Shown piece by piece: positions 30,315 through 37,539 of a stretch of 37,539 nt of DNA. The notes under the pieces were generated by a model. It was given only the letters and a program-made list of their open reading frames with translations. It was not told the DNA's origin and did not search any database. Origin of the DNA: Promethearchaeota archaeon (GTDB taxonomy: Archaea > Asgardarchaeota > Lokiarchaeia > Sigyniarchaeales > SOKP01); contig JALGVJ010000034.1 in assembly GCA_029838195.1 (NCBI GenBank), positions 1 through 37,539 on the forward strand, written 5' to 3'. Position 1 is the stretch's first letter, and each line of letters starts with the position of its first letter. Position numbers and translations under genes: made by a program.

Positions 30315-31475
30315 TTAATACTCTCGAAATTCATTTAATGCATCAAACATTGCCACGATATTTTCTGCATCAACCTCTGCCGTGATATTGTGAATGTTAG
30401 CTGCAATATATCCTCCCCCCGGTTTTAAGCATTCCAGATTCTTGCGAACCTCCAGCTTAATTTGGTCAGTCGTTCCAAACGGTAAGGTTTTTTGTGTATT
30501 ACAAACACCGCCCCAAAAAGTAATAATATCACCGAATCTTTTCTTAAGGCTACAAGGTTCCATGTCGTAAGCGGAAATTTGTACGGGATTTACCGCATCA
30601 TATCCAATTTCTGAGAAATGAGGTATAAAGAGGGGAATAGATCCACAACAATGATAATTAATTTTAACATCAGCTAACTCATGAATCTTTTGAGCAAGCT
30701 TTTTTTCCACGGGTTTAATTACTTTTTCATAAATTTTTAGGCTCATGATTGGACCAGCTTGTTCTGCTAAATCCCCGTTTACACAAACAACATCTAAGTA
30801 TTCTCCTACTTCATTCAAGAAGGTTTCATTATAGTCGGACCAATATTTTAATAATCCTTCCATGGCAGCAATAATGAGTTCGGGTTTTTTGCTAAGATAT
30901 CTCAAGGCTTTTGTAAACCCGAATAAAAACGTGGTATATTCATAGATGCATCCCGTGGGTTGTGTAACGAGGGCATAGTCTGTTGTTTCTCTCAATTTTT
31001 TAGCATGTTCTCGCAATCCTTTGAAGGGAGATTTATCCGTTCCATCCGGCCAATCATAATTTTCAATTTCTTGAACGGTTTTAAACTCTGCAAAGGGATG
31101 AATGACGGGATCATAATATAAGATTTCTTCTATATCCTTATCGGCAAAATTTCCCCAGAAAACTCCGAATTGGTCGTACACGCCCACATATTTTCCTTCA
31201 TGTAACGGTTTAAAATCTTTTATCTTTACCATGCCTCCCAGAGGGCGAATATAGCGGGTATCCACGTGGAATCTCTCAAGTAAATCTTCACATGGAACAG
31301 CTAATTGTTGCACAAAATCATAAGTTGATATTTCTTTATCTTCAATTTCTAAATAATCTAAGAGTTTTTTATACGCTTTAATATGGATACCGGATTGATT
31401 CCCTCCTAAATCAATGGGAACTTTATCGGGTTCCTTATGATTTAAAGCGGCATTCACCCGTTCTCTTGAATTCAA
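30315..31475 (-). CDS. UroD/MtaA-superfamily protein (probable corrinoid-dependent methyltransferase)
   Basis: N-terminus MNSRERV..AL.HKEPDKVPID, HCCG (HxC), NPVQ, FWGG..TQ.TLPFGT and GGGYI...HNI. Confidence 0.82.
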   Translation of the reverse strand: MNSRERVNAALNHKEPDKVPIDLGGNQSGIHIKAYKKLLDYLEIEDKEISTYDFVQQLAVPCEDLLERFHVDTRYIRPLGGMVKIKDFKPLHEGKYVGVYDQFGVFWGNFADKDIEEILYYDPVIHPFAEFKTVQEIENYDWPDGTDKSPFKGLREHAKKLRETTDYALVTQPTGCIYEYTTFLFGFTKALRYLSKKPELIIAAMEGLLKYWSDYNETFLNEVGEYLDVVCVNGDLAEQAGPIMSLKIYEKVIKPVEKKLAQKIHELADVKINYHCCGSIPLFIPHFSEIGYDAVNPVQISAYDMEPCSLKKRFGDIITFWGGVCNTQKTLPFGTTDQIKLEVRKNLECLKPGGGYIAANIHNITAEVDAENIVAMFDALNEFREY

Positions 31476-31692
31476 TTTTTCTAGACCTCCTTGAAAATTA
31501 CAAATTTAATAAAAAACATGATTTTTTAGATATTTTAACATTGCTTTATTTTTTAAATCTCTGATTTAATTTTCATTACAATGAATTTCTTTGAGTATAG
31601 ATGTAAATTTGATTTATTTAGTGATAATTTTTTACATTTAGAAAATATATTAAAAATATTATTTTAGCGCTAATAAAAATTAACTAAGCATC

Positions 31693-34311
31693 ATGAAACC
31701 GATTGAAATTTTCTCGTTAAATGGAACGTGGAGATTAAAAAGAGAAAATGGAAAGGAAAAGCTTTCAGCAGAAGTTCCCGGCTCTGTATTTGAAGCATTA
31801 CTCCATCAAAACATCATTAAAGATCCATTTTATGGGGTAAATGAACAGAAAATGGCTTGGATTCATGAATCCAATTGGAAATATGAAAAAGAATTTACCA
31901 TCTCAAGAGAATTCTTGACTCATCAACATGTAACATTATGCTTTAAAGGAATTGACACGATTTCAAAAATTTTTCTTAATGGCACGTATATTGGTTCAAC
32001 AAAAAACCTGTTCATGGCCAATGAATTTGAAGTAAAATCGCTCCTACGTGAAGGAAACAATAAACTTGAAGTAATCATCTATAGCCCAACGCAAGCGGCT
32101 CAAGAATTAATGAAAATCCACGGGAAATTAGTAACGGATGAAACGGCATTACCAGGTATAGAATATTTGAGAAAAGCCCAATATTCCTTCGGGTGGGATT
32201 GGGGGCCCAAGCTTCCCGATATGGGAATTTGGAAACCCATAGAACTCATTGGGCATGATGGAATCAGACTTGAATCATATTATATCATGCAGGAATTTGA
32301 ACATGATAATTCAAATACGCAATCTGCTCCAAAAATTAAATCCGTGCATTTAAGCATTATCGTTAATGTCGACGCTAATAAGGAGTTGCTTTCTACGAGA
32401 GAATGCAAAATTAAAGTTGAACTAATAGATCCTGAAGGACTTCCAATAATGGAAAAAGAACAACGCTTGAAAACTCTCTCGACCAAGTTCGATTTTACTA
32501 TCATCGCTCCTAAATTATGGTGGATTCATGAACTTGGCGCTCCTAATCTTTACCAAATAAAACTCTCTCTTCACGAAAAAGAATTAATAGAATCTCTTCA
32601 AGGGCATTTTGGAATTAGAGAGCTTAAATTGATTAGAAATCCCGATAAATGGGGAGAAACCTTCTATTTTTCTCTTAATGGAATTCCCATCTTCGCCAAA
32701 GGAGCAAATTGGATTCCGGTGGATAGCTTCATCCCACGAGGCAAAAAATTAGGATTGTACGAAAAAAATTTATTAAATGCTAAAAAGGCAAACATGAACA
32801 TGCTGCGCGTGTGGGGCGGGGGTATTTATGAAGATGACCTTTTTTACGAAATATGCGATAAATTAGGAATTCTCGTGTGGCAAGATTTTCCCTTCGCTTG
32901 TCGAATTTATCCCGCTTATGAAGAATTTTTAGAGAACATGCGTTCAGAAATTATTCAAAACGTAAAAAGATTAAGAAACCATCCAAGCTTGGCATTATGG
33001 TGCGGAAACAATGAAATAGAACAATTATGGAAATATTTACTCTTGAGAATCGAAAATCAAAATCCTGACCGAATTCATTTATGTGAACGAGGATATATAA
33101 AAATATTTGAAGAATTAATTCCCAATTTTTTAAAACAACTAGATCCTCAACACCCTTATTGGCCAAGCTCTCCTTCTAATGGATTCGTGAATAATAATTT
33201 AGGAAAAATTGATTCTAATTCCCCTGATCGGGGCGATAGTCATTTCTGGAGCGTGTGGCACGGGGGCAGATCTTTTAAATCGTATAGAAAATTCAATTCA
33301 CGCTTCATGTCTGAATTTGGATTTGAATCCTTTCCTTCTATGAAAACCATAAAAGAGTTTTGCCCTCCAGAACAATTTAACATCCATTCGCCTATCATGG
33401 AAAGTCATCAGAAAAACCCAGCAGGAAACAAAAAAATCTTGAATTACATGAAACGCCGGTTTAAATTGCCCGAACATTTCGAAAAGCAAGTCTGGTTATC
33501 TCAAATCATGCAAGCAGAAGCCATTGAATATGGCGTGGAGCATTGGAGACGCCAAAGAAATGAATTTCATTGCATGGGCTCTCTTTATTGGCAGTTAAAT
33601 GATTGCTGGCCCGTTTGCAGCTGGAGCTCCTTGGATTATTTTAATCGATGGAAAGTTCTCCATTATTTTGCTAAAAGATTTTACGCTTCCTTATTTCCAA
33701 GCGTGGAAGAAAAGAAAGATGAAATAAGCTTCTGGGTTTCTAATGATTTAAAAGAAGAAAAGAGCATTCTCTATTCGTGGAAAATATTAAATTGCGAGGG
33801 CAAGATAATCGCAAAAGGCAAGTATAATACCAAGATCAGCCCGCTCTGCTCTTTAAAATTAGGTTCTGTAGATTCCGAATCCTTACAACTAATTTCTAAC
33901 AATCCTCATGACTATGTTATCTTTTATGAATTAAGCCTCGAGCAAGAAGATCAAGAAATGGAAAATCTCAATGTTCTCTCGGGATTTCGATTATTAACAG
34001 CTCCAAAAAATTTTTCCCTTAAAAATCCCGAATTATCCATCACATTTCTCAATGAACATGAAAACAAAGACCTCCTCGACGAATTTCTGCTGGAAATAAA
34101 GAGTAAAAATGTTGCATTATACGTGTTTATTGAATCTGATTTGATTGATTTTATCGCATCAGACAATTTCTTCTCCATGGAACCCAATAAGAAAAAAATC
34201 GTGAAAATTAATTATATAAAACCGTTGAAAAACGTAAAAATCTATTCCCGTGAAGAAATCAAAAAATCCTTTATCGTCAGCTCGCTTTTTGACATGTTTT
34301 CGGAAAAATAA
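31693..34311 (+). CDS. GH2 beta-mannosidase-like glycoside hydrolase
   Basis: RKAQYSFGWDWGP, KGANWIP, NMLRVWGGGIYE, WQDF, WCGNNE (acid/base), SEFG (nucleophile) and YWQLNDCWP. Confidence 0.9.
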   Translation: MKPIEIFSLNGTWRLKRENGKEKLSAEVPGSVFEALLHQNIIKDPFYGVNEQKMAWIHESNWKYEKEFTISREFLTHQHVTLCFKGIDTISKIFLNGTYIGSTKNLFMANEFEVKSLLREGNNKLEVIIYSPTQAAQELMKIHGKLVTDETALPGIEYLRKAQYSFGWDWGPKLPDMGIWKPIELIGHDGIRLESYYIMQEFEHDNSNTQSAPKIKSVHLSIIVNVDANKELLSTRECKIKVELIDPEGLPIMEKEQRLKTLSTKFDFTIIAPKLWWIHELGAPNLYQIKLSLHEKELIESLQGHFGIRELKLIRNPDKWGETFYFSLNGIPIFAKGANWIPVDSFIPRGKKLGLYEKNLLNAKKANMNMLRVWGGGIYEDDLFYEICDKLGILVWQDFPFACRIYPAYEEFLENMRSEIIQNVKRLRNHPSLALWCGNNEIEQLWKYLLLRIENQNPDRIHLCERGYIKIFEELIPNFLKQLDPQHPYWPSSPSNGFVNNNLGKIDSNSPDRGDSHFWSVWHGGRSFKSYRKFNSRFMSEFGFESFPSMKTIKEFCPPEQFNIHSPIMESHQKNPAGNKKILNYMKRRFKLPEHFEKQVWLSQIMQAEAIEYGVEHWRRQRNEFHCMGSLYWQLNDCWPVCSWSSLDYFNRWKVLHYFAKRFYASLFPSVEEKKDEISFWVSNDLKEEKSILYSWKILNCEGKIIAKGKYNTKISPLCSLKLGSVDSESLQLISNNPHDYVIFYELSLEQEDQEMENLNVLSGFRLLTAPKNFSLKNPELSITFLNEHENKDLLDEFLLEIKSKNVALYVFIESDLIDFIASDNFFSMEPNKKKIVKINYIKPLKNVKIYSREEIKKSFIVSSLFDMFSEK

Positions 34312-34532
34312 AAAGGTAAAATCTTGAGAAACACTCTTTTTTTTACCATTTTAATAGAAAAATTAAATTAAATGCTGTATTATTTTATGGTCGTACTAAT
34401 GATAATTATCTTCAATCATAATTTTATCCTCTATGGAATCCATTTTTGAAAATTAATTTTTGTTATTTAAATTACTATATTTTAACCGTTTTCTAATATC
34501 ATGGATTTAATATTCCTTTAAAAAAAAGATTC

Positions 34533-34562
34533 CCTTAATAAGAAATTCCTTAATAAGAAATT
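34533..34562. repeat. 15-bp perfect tandem duplication
   Basis: CCTTAATAAGAAATT x2 in the convergent intergenic region. Confidence 0.7.
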
Positions 34563-34587
34563 TATAATCTCTATTTAAGAAAATCTA

Positions 34588-35049
34588 TTAAGTTATTAAT
34601 TCCTCTCCTCTCGCATCTATAGTATTTTTTCTTTCTTTTAATACAATCGAAATGTATTCCCGAATCTTATTAATCAACTGCCTTAACTCAAATTGTATGA
34701 CACCAAGATTTAACGAATTTGGAAATATTATCGCTATAATAAAATCTTTTGAAATTACTTCTATGAGAATTTCAAATCCATCATCATCTATTTGATGCCC
34801 CGCTTGAATCGATACTTGTTTTATATGATATTCATTATCAAAATTAATAAGTCCTTGTTCTGCCAAGGCTATAATTCCTGCGGAAATCGCCGCAATTGAA
34901 ACACATTTTTCGTCATCGTTCGAAAATCTTTTATAGTCATTAGCAATACAAAGCCCATCTTCGGTAAACAAAATAGACCCAAAAACATTTGTTCTTTCTC
35001 TAAATTTTTTTAAAATTATTTCCAAATCCTCTTCTTTAAAAAAAATCAC
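34588..35049 (-). CDS. Roadblock/LC7 (MglB-like) domain protein
   Basis: GSILFTEDGLCIA, IAAISAGIIALAE and NLGVIQFELRQ pattern; lies 3 bp downstream of a small GTPase gene. Confidence 0.78.
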   Translation of the reverse strand: MIFFKEEDLEIILKKFRERTNVFGSILFTEDGLCIANDYKRFSNDDEKCVSIAAISAGIIALAEQGLINFDNEYHIKQVSIQAGHQIDDDGFEILIEVISKDFIIAIIFPNSLNLGVIQFELRQLINKIREYISIVLKERKNTIDARGEELIT

Positions 35050-35052
35050 TGT

Positions 35053-35736
35053 TTAAACAGTCACCTCTTCTTCCTTTGAAATTTGAGATTCATATTTTTT
35101 ATTTACGATTTGTTTTAAAAGATCAATTATTGCATCTTTGATCCCAATATTAAACTTCCCTGAACCTTCATATACTTCTTTTCCTATTAGATCTGCAATC
35201 ATTTCACAACCTTGAAAATCTTCCTTATCTGATTTATTCGCAATAATTCTCATCGGAATATTTTTTCCCAATGCTACTTTTGTTTCTTCTAAAACAACTA
35301 AAGCATTTCCAATATTTCCTAAATCGCAGCCATCAATCAAGAAAATAACGCCATCACTCCCTTTTGCTAAGATTTTTCTTACTGTTGAAAATTGCATTTG
35401 ACCAGGACATCCTTTTAACTCAATTTCGGTTATATACCAGCCTTCATATTCATTTTTATCCTTTAGAAATTCTGATTTGCTCATTATTACTCCTTCTGTT
35501 TTACTTTCTAAATTAGGTCGTGCCCATATTAAATGCCCTAAATCAAAACCAGTTGTAGTGTGTGTTTTTTCCTCATTAAATGCTTTAAATAATTTTTTTT
35601 CCATATGAATTGAATTTTTATCAAGTGTATGAATTAAAGTACTCTTTCCTGAATTAAAAAACCCTGTTATAAATATTTTGACTATTTCTTTTTTACTCAT
35701 TTTTTTCCCCCTATTGTTTTTTTTAATTTCACTCAT
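35053..35736 (-). CDS. Small GTPase, MglA/conservon CvnD-like
   Basis: G1 GFFNSGKST, G2 TTTGFDLG, G3 GCPGQMQF, G4 ANKSD; real start may be ATG 35700. Confidence 0.85.
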   Translation of the reverse strand: MSEIKKNNRGKKMSKKEIVKIFITGFFNSGKSTLIHTLDKNSIHMEKKLFKAFNEEKTHTTTGFDLGHLIWARPNLESKTEGVIMSKSEFLKDKNEYEGWYITEIELKGCPGQMQFSTVRKILAKGSDGVIFLIDGCDLGNIGNALVVLEETKVALGKNIPMRIIANKSDKEDFQGCEMIADLIGKEVYEGSGKFNIGIKDAIIDLLKQIVNKKYESQISKEEEVTV

Positions 35737-37300
35737 TTTTTCCCCTTATTTTTTTTTAAAAACTTTTTTATATTTTTTTAATATTTTTTAATAATTTAAA
35801 TTTTTGGAAATAAGTATTATAAAGATTGAGTTGTAAAACAAAAAGATTTTTTAAAAACTTTAAAATAATTTTTGAAATTAATCAGTTATCTCTGAAAGCA
35901 TCTCTTTAAAACAACGAGTTTCATTATATAAAAAATATAAATATAAAATCACGGATTCTTCTAAAAATTCCAAGTATTCATTTAGAATATATTCTAAATT
36001 ATTAAGAATTAACAAACAAGTAATTCTCATTTTGAATATCTGTCTATGAAAGTTTTTATTTTTTAATTCTTCCCCCCGATCTAATGAAAAAATTTCTTTT
36101 TGAAGAACTAACTCATAAAACTCATTATAGTTAAAATTAACAAAAAATTCACACTCAATATCATTAATCATTTTGAAAAATCTATTATTAAAATTTATAA
36201 ACCCTCAACCCCTTTTTAAATTTTTTTGTAATCAATTTTCGAGTTTCTGTTTTTATCTTATAATTTTTTAAAACCAAATTAATGATTTTTTTTATGTATA
36301 TAAATTTTTGTAAATGAAAAATTTGAGTAATTTCACAAATGAATGAAGAATTATAAATATTTTCGTGGCTCTTCATTCATTGACGTGTTCTTCCCATCCT
36401 TCTTTCTCTTTCCTCTAATCTACCACGCAATATGAAATATCCTTCTCGGGATTTTGTCGCTTTGCATGAATTCACATTTTTCTCCTAGCAGCATCTTGAA
36501 ATCTGCAATATAACAATCAAAAACCTAATTTAAAACTCCTTCATTTTCTATATTCATATCAGGAAGAAAGAAAAAGAAATATAAACCTCTCTGGAGAACA
36601 ATAACGGCCCACAGTCAGAATGAACCCTCCATTTATTTAGTAAAAAATCTTTTTTTTTCTTGCCGGGTCGTTCACATATTTATTTTCATCCCGAATTGGG
36701 ATTCCTTTTCCCCATTTGAGGGAAATCCTTATGTTTTCTTTCCCTTATATTTCTTTTCTAATATCATGAAAGCCTTTTTCCCCATCCTCACCTCGAGAGC
36801 TTATCAGAAATGGTTTCATCTTTTTTTTTTTAATAAAGGGGAAAGGAAGCTTTCTATATAAATATCATGGGATTATGCATTTTTTAAATTTATCAAGTGG
36901 AATTAATAATAATTTTTAGGATATCCAAGTTTGTCCTATTTTTTTGCTAACTAGTAACGACTGTAATGGAGCTTGCCAGCTTATTTAAATTTAAAAATTT
37001 TAAATTTAACTTATTATTTGGAATTATTTCTTAACTTTCATTATAATATCTTTTCATATTAAAGGTTTTATGAATATTTTTAACAATTTTATATTATAAA
37101 GTTTTAGTTTAATTGTTTATATTTTTTAATATTTCTAAATTCCAATAAGAACCTTTAATATTTCTGATTTACGAAAAAGAAAAATTTATAAAGAAAATGG
37201 ATTATCATTAATTTAACAAAACCAATAAAAATATAAATATAAAAGGTTCATAAAAGCCAATTTAAAACATTAAAATTTTTCTAAAAAGAGGTTAAAAAAA

Positions 37301-37539
37301 ATGGTTAGTTATAAACAACTAATTGATATTTCAAACGCAACGATTTTATCGTTGTTTAAAGCAATGAAAAATTTGGGGATAAATTTTGATATCGTCTGGA
37401 ATGAAATGGCTTTTACATTCAGAGGTTTATTAAAGGATACGGATCTCCTTTTCGAAGGATCAAACGTTAATGAGATTGCAAATAGCTTCGCAGCAAAGAT
37501 GAAGGAAATCGGCCTTTGTCAAAGAGTTGAGCTCGAGGA
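37301..37539 (+). CDS. Hypothetical protein, truncated at the window edge (possibly V4R-like)
   Basis: Open frame MVSYKQLIDISNATILSLFKAMKNLGINFDIVWNEMAFTFRGLLKDTDLLFEGSNVNEIANSFAAKMKEIGLCQRVELE... preceded by AGAGGT; family assignment is tentative. Confidence 0.65.
   Translation, partial: MVSYKQLIDISNATILSLFKAMKNLGINFDIVWNEMAFTFRGLLKDTDLLFEGSNVNEIANSFAAKMKEIGLCQRVELE

Noticed and set aside
916-34187. Numerous short ORFs antisense to or nested in long genes (e.g. 916-1140, 8568-8849, 19598-19909, 29198-29518)
   Set aside because: They are shadow ORFs of well-supported genes with no independent motifs.
35878-36376. Two ORFs of 97 and 62 aa upstream of the GTPase
   Set aside because: Composition is dominated by AT-rich codons (F, I, K, N, L) and no motif is visible. 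They may be chance ORFs, so they are not called.
1-37539. CRISPR arrays, tRNA/rRNA genes, transposases
   Set aside because: I saw no regularly spaced repeats, cloverleaf-like GC-rich segments, or transposase/integrase motifs by eye. tRNAscan-SE and Rfam were not run.

Overview
AT-rich archaeal chromosomal window, most likely from an Asgard archaeon (Lokiarchaeia). This is an inference from the archaeal-type uS2, a TIGR00295-like HD protein, a Roadblock plus small GTPase pair and a eukaryote-like SECIS hairpin. It holds housekeeping genes (tmk, a leuC/leuD-family dehydratase, rps2, cooC, ilvD), a mercuric reductase, lipid and sugar catabolic genes, an orphan adenine methyltransferase, decayed thiolase and crotonase genes, and a cluster combining a corrinoid protein, a UroD-family methyltransferase and glycosidases. 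The main discovery is missing from the ORF track. Directly upstream of merA on the minus strand (10180->9992) is a 62-codon gene of the GDCCVxC small Cys-rich family. It has four in-frame TGA codons at positions where I recall the family having Cys. About 30 nt past its TAA stop lies an AUGA...GA-core hairpin with an apical AAA that resembles a eukaryotic/Lokiarchaeal SECIS. Together these suggest a four-selenocysteine small protein linked to mercury detoxification. All calls come from manual reading and motif recognition; no database searches were run.
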